DNA of 64,000 bases. Source: Saccostrea cucullata. Taxonomy: Eukaryota. Of this stretch, positions 39,225 through 51,994 are shown piece after piece; the stretch's first letter is position 1; each line of letters starts with the position of its first letter. The notes under the pieces are model-generated. The model ran no database searches. It saw only the letters and a program-made list of their open reading frames with translations, and had not been told where the DNA came from. A program made the translations under genes and the position numbers. Where the stretch lies: NCBI RefSeq assembly GCF_032062105.1, contig NW_026931071.1, positions 62,001-126,000 on the forward strand, read 5' to 3'.

Positions 39225-41866
39225 ATGTTTTTCTTTTTTCTTTTGTTTTGTGCTAACATCTATACCTCAGGTACGAGAACCTTTCTTTTAAATAGTGTTT
39301 GACGAATTTAGCAGCTTATATCAAATTGTTGTTCTCAAAGACGCCAATTGTCATGCTTGAACAACGTACAAAATGTACAGTATAGCAATGATCTCAAGAA
39401 CTCGCTTGTAAAGAAATCTCTGATATAAAGAAACTTTCAAACATCCTACAGAAGACTTTTAGAGTTTGCATTCAAGGGGTGTAAAGCATAGCTTCCTTAA
39501 GGTAGGACTCATATTTCTATTATTTAAAAATTAATGAAATGAATCAAGAAGACAATATCAGTAAGAAATAGTATCAGTGAAATTAAAGGTTTTATATTGC
39601 TCAAGGTCAACTTCCTTGACATTAAGAATAAAAAAATACTGTTGCCAATATGATTTACTTCATCAAACAGATTGTATTGATGAAAGCCGCAACAAAAAAC
39701 AATGTACATGTATTAGCATTTTTATTTATATTTAACTTTTTCTTATTTTCATATAATAAAGTACTAATAAATGTACAAAATGATACAAAAACAAAAAACC
39801 GAAAGTAAAATTTGATTGACGTGTTGCTTTAAATAATAAAATCAATTTAAAATATATTTAACTCACAATGGTTTTTAATGTTAGTTTTCAAACGCAGTTT
39901 AAAAAATACAATTGTGGAGTGAAAAATATGTCTTTTAAATTCCTTACACCTCAATATATAAGACATATCAAATATACTTTGAATGTTTCATACATGGAAA
40001 CAATACACAAACAAACTGAAAGCCGCAACAAAAAACAATGTACATGTATTAGCATTTTATTTTATTTAATCTCACTTGAACCGAAAGTAAAATTTGATTG
40101 ACGTGTTGCTTTAAATAATAAAATCAATTTAAAATATATGTAACTCACATTAATTTTTATTCTGTGGAAAAATAAAGGAATGAAATATGAGATAGCGAAC
40201 AGAAATCAAGTACCTTGAAACAATACAAACTGGAAGATGAGCGAACACAGTCCTGTTTATCGCTTATATAGAAAAGGTTGCTGATCCAAGTTGAATTTAT
40301 CGCGTTTACCTGAAAGTTTTGTTGTTATGTTACCATTGAGGTCTTTTTCTAATGAAGTAACTGAATATGAAACAGAAATATCGGACTCTTCAAAGTAGTT
40401 TATTTGGAGGTTCAAAAGGATATATTGTATGAACGTAGAATTGAAATTGAAAACTTTTGATCAAACCTACATGTTGAATTAAAAGCAAGACACTTCTTTT
40501 CTTATAGTAATTTAAAAAATATTCTGTTTCTATTAATACAAAATGGTCTGCTAATAACAAATACTCATACATGGAAATTCCGCCAGATTCCTGGAAGACT
40601 TTATTTCAGAATCAAAAAAAATATTGATTTTGTCAATTAGATTTTTTTTTTTTAATTTTAGCTTCAGAGTAGTTGTATGTTCAATCAACCTTTTTTAAAA
40701 AAATAGTTTTGTTTATAATATATTTATTCATTTTGGAATGTAATGAACAGCACACATAAATGCCTATGACCGTTCTCTCCACAAAATAGTTTTGCATATG
40801 ATCAATGGCAAGGTACAAGTTAAGAGATCCATTTTATTGAAAAGCAACAAAAACATCCTTTCTGATAAATGACTAGCATTAATTCGGAATAAACACGTGT
40901 ATGATATCAGGTTTACACTTATTTACAGGTGCTATACTCTGCTACTGGTGTTCTGATTTAAATGCAGATGGATACTGTAAAAATGACATGGTTGTGCTCA
41001 CACCGAACAATACTTGGAGGTACCCGAATTTTTTTAAAAATTGTGAAAAGCAAGACTGGGGAGATCAGTGCTCAATTGAAACAGTTCGTAAAGCAGGTAT
41101 TGCTCTAAAGCATTTTTACTGTCATTAGTGTTTTAAACAAGAAAATGCTTACATTTTGTAAGGTGTGATGTATAATTTTTTGGTGTACAATGTATATGTG
41201 TATTAATTAAGCTTCTCAATGTAAAATAACTAATATACAAAGAAAAAAGCATTTTATTTTTTATAGTTTATATACATATAATAAAATAATCATTTAAAGT
41301 ATTTTATTGTATTGCAAAAATAGCATTTTAGTAAAATCATAAAAGAACTTTCTTTCAAGTAATGTTAATCTAATTGCCAAAATCTTCTGTGAAATACAGA
41401 CAAACTGATAGACCCTTTTACTTTTTCTCCTGTGTTATACTTTTAAGTGAATTTGAACACAAGTACTATGTAGTACATGAATCTAACCATGAAATAAATT
41501 ATTGAAAACGTACAATGTATACACATATAATCATATAAAGCAGTCAAAAAGTTAACCTTAAAGTGAAAAGTTGAAAAATGAAATGTTTTTTACTGTCATT
41601 TTTGTGATGGAAAATTAATTTCTTCAGAGGTGTACAATGTTTATGTGTTTCTTTCGGTGATTTTCCATGTAGACAGTGGTATTCTAATATATCGTTTGAA
41701 TTCAGAAAAAAACAAATGGGTTCTTTTTCAAAGGTCGTTTTGCAATGGTATATATCCGGGACAGGCTGGAGCTGTTTTACACAGTGGGGCCTCCATCAAT
41801 CATTTTTGTTATCTGTTGAGCATATTGATGTTTCTACTTGTTAACATGGTGCAAAAAATTCTGTAA
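39225..41866 (+). CDS. Ly6/three-finger protein C, paralog of B lacking Cys6-Cys9 (135 aa; possibly a pseudogene)
   Basis: Exons 39225-39270 (alternative in-frame ATG at 39180), 40929-41096 (GAILCYWC...YC...KNC...DQCSIE) and 41673-41866 (DSGIL...SFCNG...LHSGASINHFCYLLSILMFLLVN, homologous to the tail of B). The frame is open, but four core Cys are missing. Confidence 0.7.
39680..40150. repeat. Local intronic duplication in Ly6 gene C
   Basis: tgaaagccgcaacaaaaaacaatgtacatgtattagc at ~39681 and ~40017; aaccgaaagtaaaatttgattgacgtgttgc at ~39797 and ~40079. Confidence 0.85.
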
Positions 41867-42754
41867 ATACGCATTTTGGGAATAAAAAAGAAAAAAAATG
41901 TATATATGGGATCTAGTAACCTACAGCAACACTCTGAAGTATCAGCGTGCACATAAAAAAGTTTAATTACAACCTACACTACATATTCTATTACAATCTG
42001 ATTATCATATTCTTATGTCAAACCAGTTTATAAACTTAAGGATGTGTTCTGCTGATTATAATTTTTTAATTGACTTTAGACAAGGAAAAACATAAACATA
42101 CATGCACAGACACTCCGAGGCTGAAAGGCTTTTAAAAATTTGGAATATACACGAAATACGAAAATATGATTACACAAAAATGCTACTGACAATGGCAAAT
42201 ATTTACACATTTTCAAAAACGCAATTCCAAATAAACATCTTTCTTTTACACACAGGAATTTTATTTTTAACTTGTACAATTGTTCTTCATATCTAAAATA
42301 TAAATATAAGTATCATATTTTGGATTGTAACATTTTGTTTTTGTTTTTTTTTTTTGATAGTTGAAAAAAATGTTGTTTAAGAAGGAGCAATTAGTGAATA
42401 AGTATGACCTTTCTGGGAAAACAAAGTATTAATGTGCAGATGATTTTTTAGAATTATTATTCCATTTTTTTTAAAATGCAAGCTGCTGATTCTTTTGTTT
42501 TGATAGTCTTCAGGAATATATGGACAATTCTTCATTGTATTTGGAAAATTCCAATTAGTCTTGAATCCCGCAATGTTTTATTTCCAAATTTTTAGAATAT
42601 GCTCTTTTGCTCTTATTCTCCTTTTCTTATTTAGTTTTGAAATTCGATTTCAAATCATTAAAGTGAAAAATTGAAACGTTAAATGCATGTTATAACAGCA
42701 GAATACGTCCTTAAAGTTTTGAGTTCACTGCGAAATCTCATAAATTTTAGACCT

Positions 42755-43729
42755 GTTTTTATGTAACCTATTGCTATCCGTTTTCGTCCGTCGTCGTGCG
42801 TCGTCCGTCGTGTGTTAACATTTGAACATTTTCAGCTTCTTCTCTGAAACCACTGAATCAATTTCAACCAAATTTGGTATACAGCATCTATGGGTAAAGA
42901 AACAGAAATTGTGAATTTTATGGTCCCCGCCTCCCTGGGGCCTTAGGGGTGGGGCCAAAACCACTCAAATTAATGCAATCTTTAAAAATCTTCTTCTTTA
43001 CTTCTGGACATCAAGCAGTCAAACTGTTTGCATGATTGTAATCAGCAATGAGTCCTCTACCAAAATTGTGAAATTCATGGCCCTGGGGTCAGGGGTTCTA
43101 GTGCTAGGGTGGGGCTAAAAAAGTATATAGTGAAAAAGCATTATTTCTTTGAAAATCTTCTTCTTTGCTCCTGGGCATTAAATAAACTAACTTAGTGCAA
43201 AGTCATGATGTCAAAGTGCCTTTACCAAAATTGTGAATTTTATGGCCCCTGATTATAGTTTTATAAGGGTGGGGCTCTATTGATTATATAGTGAAAATAC
43301 ATGAATTCTTTGAAAATCTTCTTCTCTTCTCCTAGGTATTAAATAAACTATCTAAGTGCATAGTTATGATGAGCAAGAATCTGCTCCTTGGTATTAATCA
43401 AATATTTTTGAAAAGCAAGGATGCATTTTCAAAAATTGTGCAATGTGTGGATCTAGGCCTAAGGGTCAGGGGTTCATGTGTGGTAGGGGCACTACTGATT
43501 ATAGCTGAATATTACTGATTTTGAAATGTATTTTTTGTTCCCCTACCCTGCCTCTGTGTATTAAGTAACCAAACTAAGCAACTGCTAAGTGTATAATTAG
43601 GATGATCAATGGTGCCTCTTTCAAAATGTGAATGCCATAGCATCTGGCTTATAACATGAATCAAATTCAATCACTGGAATGTTATTGCATAATGCTCAGG
43701 TGACCTATAAGGCCCATGGGCCTCTTGTT
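42755..43729. mobile_element. HINE-like element with ~167-bp satellite units (inverted relative to the 1.8-kb copy)
   Basis: cctattgctatccgttttcgtccgtcgtcgtgcgtcgtccgtc at the left end, ctcaggtgacctataaggcccatgggcctcttgtt at the right end; tandem ccaaaattgtgaaattcatggcccc units. Confidence 0.82.
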
Positions 43730-43803
43730 AATGAGAAAGTTTATAATTGCTAATTAAAGACAGATGATACAAATACATTATTTCTTTGTAGGAGACTTAA
43801 TAT

Positions 43804-44920
43804 CATGTCACAGGTTTCTAAAAGTGGATAATTCATATATTTTTTTTCTCCCAAGACTTGGAAAATGAAATAAACTTGGAAAATATTTGTAAATTCTTCA
43901 ATAGAATAACAAAAATATGGAAAAATCACTCTCAGTTATGGTTTACCTGTTGATGAAAACAAAGAAGTCGATTCACTTTATGCATAAAATAGCCCTGTAG
44001 ATATACCAATTAATTGATCAACACTTGATATTCTCTGTGAAGCATTAAAATAAAATAGAGACTTGGTGCTTTCATATCCTATTTAAAAAAATTCTTCTAA
44101 AAGTGCAGGTCTAGGAGAACTGGCTGTATGGAATTGCAATGTTCTTGAATTTTTAGGTAAACAGGTATAATTGAGTACTTTCAGTGAAGAAAAATAATAT
44201 GAGCGCACTCTCTGATCTAAAAAATAAAACATGTCCATTAATCCCCAGAAACAGTTCTATCATTTACTAGTTGCATATTTTAGATCAGAGGCTGCGCTCT
44301 ATATTAAATATCAAAAATTAGCTTTTAAAATTGGCCGTTTTTGTAGACTTTTTCAGAAAATGAGGAAATTGACGCATTTCGTGACGTCATAATGCATTGA
44401 CTAGCCAGAAAATGATGTCATTTTTGATAGATACGCAGTCACCAAAGATCTAGGTGATATTTAATGCATTGTTAACTAAAACTATGCAGTTTCAGTTTTT
44501 CAGAAATTCACAGGGCCAAACAAGTCAAAAGTGAATCTTGTTCTTTAAGAATATGTTAGCTTGGTGCTAAAAGTGTGATATAAACTTTACAAAAAATTTA
44601 CCAAGGCAGGTGAATTTTATGAGGAAAAATAAAATGATAAAAAATCAGAAAAAATAACATAGGCTGATTTTTACTATTTTGCTTTTCCCAATAATATTCA
44701 CCTGGCTCGATATATTTCTCTTAAGCTTTTATTACACTTTAAGCACCAAGCTAACATTATTCTGAAAATTGTTTTCATCTGTAAACCTTAAAATTAGTGT
44801 AATTAGTTCATTTTTGTAATTTAATTAAGGTATTAACTATTTTCCAAATCTGTTTCATTTTCCAAGCCTAGGGAGAAAAAATTCAAAGAGTTATCGACTT
44901 TTCTTAACCTACACTACATG
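43804..44920. mobile_element. Non-autonomous DNA transposon with ~85-bp imperfect TIRs
   Basis: catgt...aaaagtggataa...ctcccaagacttggaaaatgaaa at left is mirrored by tttcattttccaagcctagggag...ttatcgactttt...acatg at right; internal inverted pairs at 44197-44303 and 44550-44761. Confidence 0.7.
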
Positions 44921-45014
44921 TGAGATGATTATATTCAGTCTCCTCTAAAGAAAAAATTGTTTGTATCATCTTTCCTTAATACTACTGACATTGAGTGACT
45001 TGTGATGAAGGGAA

Positions 45015-45670
45015 GATGAAGAGAACGAACGGTAATCAAGCTCAAAAGTCCATTAAAACAAAACAACTTGACAGCAAAAGTAGGATCGGGTGCCATGAAT
45101 GAGTTTACATATTTTGCCGACCTGCCACTCCTGCTGTATGCTCCTTCATATGATCGGGCAAGTTGAAAATCCATAGACAATGTAGTGTGAAAAGAATGGC
45201 TGAACAATTTGTATGAAAATTGTCAGTTCATACAAATTGTTCAGCCACTATATTTATACAGAATTGTCTACGATTTTTTCCCCACTTGCCCGATAATAAC
45301 AGGGATCATACAGCAGTAGCACATTTGCAGACAAGGTCACAATAAATATCGATCAAAAATTTTGCAAAATTTTGAATGTAACGTAACTGTTGATATCTTT
45401 GTAATATCAACTTATAATCAATAGTTTGCCTTGTTTAAAATTGTTCTAGAGCATGCTCTTGCATATCGAATCACCTTGGAGAAATATATACTCCAAAAAC
45501 TGGTGATAATGGTGTCTAATTACATAAACTAGAGAAGTTGATGATAGAAGATTTGAAGTCATCACGTCTATCATAAAGGTCTAAATAGGTTATTATAATC
45601 GTCATTTTCCAGTTAAACATCCATATAATAAATGAAATAAATGTGTCAGACTCTGTGGTTTTTTATTTAT
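45015..45670 (-). mobile_element. Degenerate Penelope-like fragment with internal foldback
   Basis: Matches the 31.1-31.9 kb copy (gagcatgctcttgcatatcgaatca, aagtcatcac, tgtcagactctgtgg); inverted duplication centred near 45222. Confidence 0.68.
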
Positions 45671-48600
45671 TTATTTCGCGGTCATAAGGATATATCCGAA
45701 CAAATAGGTGTATAATGAATATTATTACATATAATGGAAAAAAGTGTTGCTTTTGCGAAAATTTTGTTATTTCATTTCTTGTAAAATTTCCTCTGAGTTT
45801 TAGTACCCTCATCTTCTTCACACAACTTTCCTTTATCACTTGTACTTATTAAGATGGTTTGCAGTTTGTCCTTTAGTTGTCAAATCTGATTCTTGAATTG
45901 AACTCCGCCTCTGTTCTAATTTTTGAATCCCTTTTTCCTTTTCTTCATATTAAGCTCATTGTCTAGCTATTCATAAATACCATTTTAAAGATATGGAATA
46001 TCCGACCATTTAAAGTAATTGCTTTCAGATCATCATTTTGAATATATCACCAGTAATGATATGTCCACTTAGACTATAATTCAAGGAAAGGGAAGAACAA
46101 TTTTAGGAAGAAAACGTGATTTTTTCCAGCCTTGTCCTCTTTACTATTATAACCATTCCTTAAATTGCTATTTTAGCGAGAAAAAGTAAGAGTTTCACGT
46201 TTCTATAAACTTTGTCTAGAATTGTAAGAAGCAATTAAAGAAAATCTTGAGGTGTCCTTATGTGTCTATTAACACTGTAAACATTAGACAAGTGAAGAGC
46301 AAACAACTAAATGGCTTTCGACGGGCCAACAGGTTTTAAAAATATTTTTCATTGACTAAGGGACTCGGAGACATGAATGATTCGTAAGTCTTTATAATTT
46401 TGATAAGCTGTACAAAACATAAATATATTTCTGTTAAAATATTATTTTTGCATTACTTTGCTTCTTTTTTAAATGGTCTAGCTGGTATTGAAAATATACA
46501 TTAAGACAGACATATTTGACATGCAAATACCAGATCTGATAATGTCAATATTTAAATGTCAGAGTTAACGTTCTTTATTTTAGTGATTCAGTCAAATCGC
46601 ATTTTTCAGATTGTTTCGCTCCATCAAATATATATGTTTAATCTTTGTATAATGTACATTTATTGATATGTGTTTAATTTTTAAGAGCTCTCCTCTATTT
46701 TCTCTTTTTTAATTAAATAAAACGATGAAGAAAAAAGTGTAGTTTTGTACTTTATAAAAAATATAATTACATTAAATGTGAAAGATATTCTGTATTTCAG
46801 AAATATCTTTGATAAAAAAATGAGTTTTCAGATTCTACTTATGTAGGGATAATTTAAGACTACCTCTAGCAACACGATATATTTCTGAAATTCAACACTT
46901 TTCAACTCCATACATTCAGCATAGATGAACGGCATGGTAATGCTTGTGCAATTGCCTGGTTTTCAAAAGAAACCTGAAAGGAATATTCAAAAGGTGTCTT
47001 GATCATTTAGAACATCGAATGGCAATTTCATCTAACGACTGTAGTCATGAACTAAATGCAATATCGCACCAACCACTTATAGCTTTCTTAATCTTATTCT
47101 CGTCTCCTTTCATTAAAGTATTTATGAGGAGGTATTATCAGGATTAAAATTATTACATAATGTTTTGACGATTAACAGATTTTTAAATACTGGTCGTTAG
47201 GTGGTTATATCCAATCAAAATATCAATAAATGAAAAGAATTTAAATGGATTTAGATGAAAAAAAATAGTGATATGCTATCAATATTATGCAAAAAAACTT
47301 CGAAAGTAAAAAGAGCGAGATCTGCATTACTTGACCTTTTTTCATCTATCAGTTCTTAGTCTATGGACAAAGTAGTAACTAGTAGATATCAATGTAACAC
47401 AGGTGCGCATTTATCATACTGAATTCGAAAAGTAACCATAACTGAAATGGATATAAATTTATCCATAATCCTGTATTTGAGACTTCGCGGTAGGGAAAAT
47501 AGCGAAACATAAAAATAAGTTAATGCTTGTACATTATAGAACGTCAAGTGTTGACAATACTCTAAACACATACGTTCAACATACATCCATTATGCTACAA
47601 ATTAATCCCCCTGCTATAATACAACTATCAAACAGTTAAATAATGAACATCTGATTTAAACTACCAGATTAATCTTTTTCTGATTTTATATCCGATCAGT
47701 ACAAGTCTTGAATTTTCTTTCTTCAATTGAACAAATAGTTGATTGTGACCGCTGGTGTATTAGAGGGTCGCATTGTGTGGCGGCTAATATTAATGACCAG
47801 GATTTGTGTTTTATTTAATTAGAGGATACACATGTTTCTATCTAATTTGGATGTTAGGCCATTTTCTGACTAAAGTTCTGTCTCAGAAAAATTGTTATTC
47901 TTATATACAATTTTGAGGATTTATTTGTTTTATGGAGTAATCAAGAAAAATTCATTTATGTACTGAGGTAAGAACAAAAATTTAGCGTTAAAAGGTTAAC
48001 AAGATCAATTATCGGTAATAAAAATGAATAATAAACACTTTATTATGGTAAACAGAGAGAGGTTGGCGTGGAAAAAAGAAATGAAATCCAACGGCAATTG
48101 CAGAAGAATTATCTTTTAACATCACCATTCAAACACTGATAAACAGGCGATGATATGGTTAACTGACAGACTAATCGTTGTTCGTATACCAGACAATAGG
48201 AGATCTGTGAGCCATTACAAGTGTTAAATGCTGTCTTCGGGGGGTGGGCGATACTTGTCTCGATATTGTTCCTCTTGTGTATTGGCCATCTCCCGATCTC
48301 AAATATTATGGGAACTTCTTACCAACAATCTGTTTTTGTCAATTCATTACTACACTTGAAAGACGTCTGTATTTGTTTATTACGGGGTCTATTTTTCTAT
48401 ATTAAACTTGGGCAGCTGTACATTTATTTAGATCATTCAGTACATAATTCATAAACCCTTGAAACGCATATACCGGGTATATATTAAACTCGTCACAAAC
48501 TTTAGAATGAAACTCGAAAGAAGCGATACAGACAGGTATACAAAAAAGCTGCCTTATTGAAAAGTGAAAGCAGAAAATGGCTTGAGCAGAGAATAATAAT

Positions 48601-48676
48601 TAAATGGGAGGTCTTAACTGAATTGCATGCCATGATTGTAGGTAATACTCAGAACTCCGCCATGTGAGAGTGGAAA

Positions 48677-51531
48677 ATGGCCACGCCACCATCGGCGGCA
48701 TCTCAAGCCTGGACAGAGGACACTCAAGTTAAGGAGGAGGAGAAGAAACCGTTTGTGCGCATAGTAAGATGATTATTATTTGTTTAAACGTTTCAATCAA
48801 GGACTTTGTCGCAAAGTTTTGTGGGAATAGAGAAAATATACGTTATCCCAAAATGTGTATGGTTTTTGATTTTTTTAAATCGTCATTTTACATGTAACAT
48901 TTATAAATCTTGAAAAAAAAATTATTCACGTGTTTTGTTTATATATCTCAGTTGATTCGATACACAAGATCAAGCTATACGTATGAACAATTTCTGAAAC
49001 GAGGTAAATTATTGACAAACAAGTTGATGAAACCAGCATTCCCGTTTAAATTCATCATTTCGTAAGTTCTATGATCATAGAATGAACTTTTCAGCAAATA
49101 CAATTTATCATTGAGTCAAATGTTGACTGACGTTTTTCATACTTATTGTTAGTCCATTATTTATACATTGATTTGACGACGGATTTTTCCATTATTTCCC
49201 GATCATGACAAGGAGCACACAGCGGGTGTGATCAGTCGGCAGGGGATGCTTACTCCTCCATGGCACCTGACCCCACCTCTGATGTTTTGGAGGTCCGTGT
49301 TTGCCCTGCTCCTATTTTGTACTGTTTTATGAACTTGGTATTGAATACTGTTTGTTATCTACATATCCTTCATGTATAATTTATTTGAGAATAAATGCAG
49401 CAAATCTGGTAATACAGAGTGTTCGAAAATTTAAAGTATATTAAAGGAAACGACAAACCCAATATGAAATCAAATTCTGGTTTATGCTCTAATTTATGTA
49501 AATTATTGTATTATATAACAAAACCCCATCTCTCCAAAACATACGAAGGACTATCTTAAGGTTGTCCAATCGTAGCCGAGAACAGTAACTCATTTAATCA
49601 CAGCCTACTTTAAACATACTCCAACTGAGGCTTGTAAATGAAAAAAAATCGTACAATAATTTTCATTTCATGGTTTTTAATGTTTTATAAGGTAGCTTGG
49701 AGTACTTGAAACAGTTTTGACGTGTATGGTCAATTGTGTCCCCTCACGAAAATAGTACAAAATTATTATTTTTTAAAAATTCAATGTTTCATAATTCGCT
49801 TGATATATGATGCTTAGTTTGGATAACCTAAATAATCTAGGGATAGGTCCTTAAAATCGTCAGTTTATTAAAGAAATATTTACTTGATACATGGAATTTT
49901 TATAGCAATATTTAAATGTTTGCTTTTATAGAAATCTTTTTTAAGTCTAATTTTTAGTTGCACTTAAGTATCTACAGTGTGCCACCTTTAATGCTTAATC
50001 TGCTATTAATAGTTACCTCATAAGGTTCTTAGTATGTAATAGACTTTAACAACCAAAAAGGTTTACTTGCTTCAATTATTATACATACCACATAGAAGTA
50101 TGACTACTTTTAATCATTGTCTTAATTTTTTATATTTACCAATATACAGATAGAGAAGGCAACGGGACAAAAAGTTAAGGATTTGACCAAACCCCCAAAG
50201 AATAGCGTACCATACACTAGTACTGCAGCCAGGTCCAAAAAAGTGATTAAAATGCAGAACCGATATGCTAGAGCAAGACCGGTACCAAAAGGCGCCAAAG
50301 TTCCAGGAATGGACGATGAAGCAACTCAGGTGCCATTTTTTCTGCCGTCAGAAAAACCAGCAGGTAATATTTCTCTTATATCTATGCAAATTGAACTCTT
50401 TCTTAAGAATTATTACAAAGTTTTAAGACATGCAGTAAATTTACATTTCGTGAGGATTACATCATATCAAAAAAGGGTTGTAATTGGCTTTTCAGTGCTC
50501 TATTCAGGTATATTTGTACATATGCCATTTTCAGTCAAATTTCTTTCTCCTTTGTGCATTTTTGATTTTAATAGTGCAAAGTTAAGCCCATTCCTGATTT
50601 AATTTCAGCTTCGTTTTTTGCTACTTTGGATTCAAGTAACAGAAAAACAATGTCGGAGTACAGTCGAACTCTAGAAAGAAGCGCTGATCGGAAACCAAAT
50701 CTTCGTCGTCAGCACGCTTTTATTAGGGTGAAAAGTAAACCAAAGGATGTTCTCCAAGAAGATGAAATATTTGAGAGCGACAGACAAAGACAGAAACAAA
50801 AGACTACAGCTCACATAGGCTCCAACATTATAGGTGATATGTTACCTGTTTACGATACATTCAACGATGACTTCGAGGATGATTTACGAAATAATAATTA
50901 TGATCCTTGTGATTTATTAACAAAACGAAATGTGTTACTGAGAAAATCTCAGTCGATGATGGCTTTGGAAAAGCCATCGATAAAACGTTCAGTTTCGAGT
51001 GGGACTTCATTTCGGGAATCTCCAGTCACTTCAAAACTTGAGCGATCCGGCTCAGGTTTTAATTCATTGTTCACTTATAATTCTTCTAGTGCTCCTAGGA
51101 GAAGAAAGGCTTGCAACACAGAGACCATTACTGAAGTTCAATCCGCTCGTTCACCAGAAAAATTTCCAATATATGAAAAAAGGGAAATCGAACAAAGTTT
51201 GGATGAGATTGATTTACTTTTGCCTGGAGTTTGTATTTCTTCACCGAGGCGTCCGTCAACTGTGCGGCCATCAACAAACATGAAACCTACTAGAACACCA
51301 ACATACTGTAGCTGTTGTAGTTTATGTGACACCCCGAAATCACAGCTCGAAAGTCCGACACCTTTTGAGCTGGATCATCCGGACTTGTTTTTGAAAACGC
51401 GTTCCCGGAGACCCCATCACTGCACATACTGTCAAACCGACGATGGAAAAAAGCTCGTGCAATATGCTCATGGTGACGTCATTAAAACCTTTGACTGGCT
51501 GAGTAAAAATGCAAAGGAAACACCTTTGTAA
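48677..51531 (+). CDS. Uncharacterised Ser/Arg-rich, probably disordered protein (407 aa) with C-terminal Cys/His cluster
   Basis: Exons 48677-48763 (AAAATGG Kozak context, MATPPSAASQAW..., donor GTAAGA), 50150-50363 and 50609-51531 join in frame (1224 nt). Contains LRRQHAF, several RxxS sites, and CSCCSLC / HHCTYC near the C-terminus. Confidence 0.78.
48940..49372 (+). mobile_element. Penelope-like (Naiad-type) 3' fragment in intron 1 of the 407-aa gene
   Basis: YISQLIRY...FLKRGKLLTNKLMK and the same 3' module as 12003-12396. Confidence 0.78.
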
Positions 51532-51994
51532 GAGTTTGCCGTGTTCAACTTGAATGTGACAAATATTGGTCGCTTTATCATTGTTACAATTATCGACAAG
51601 CAGCTAAAGACTGACAAATTATTTATCAAAAAGTAAACAGATTATGAAGATTCAATTAAAATAAATTACTTATGAAATTATTTAACTTTATAAAAGTTGA
51701 ATAAGTTACAGTATCCTTTTCTGTGAATTTGCATCTTAACAGTTGGAACTTTCGATTTTGTAAGTAAGCATGTATTTCAAAATGAGAGGTTTATATTTGA
51801 AGTAGCCTTGGCATGATTTGTTAATTTTTTGAAATTCACAGAAATTTGACATCTATTACAATTGATTTGTTAATTAAGTTATTTCCATAAATTTTATCTC
51901 ATTTTGCAATTAGGTTAAAACACTACTTTCATAGGCAAGTTGATGAAATATTATTTAGAGATTCCAGTACAGTGGTGATTTAAACAAATGCGAG

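Noticed and set aside
45750-48300. Scattered coding-like minus-strand segments (MANTQEEQYRDKYRPPPK near 48288; YEEKEKGIQKLEQRRSS near 45940)
   Set aside because: They could not be joined into a consistent spliced frame and contain stops. They may be a decayed gene or lncRNA, but this is unsupported without RNA data.
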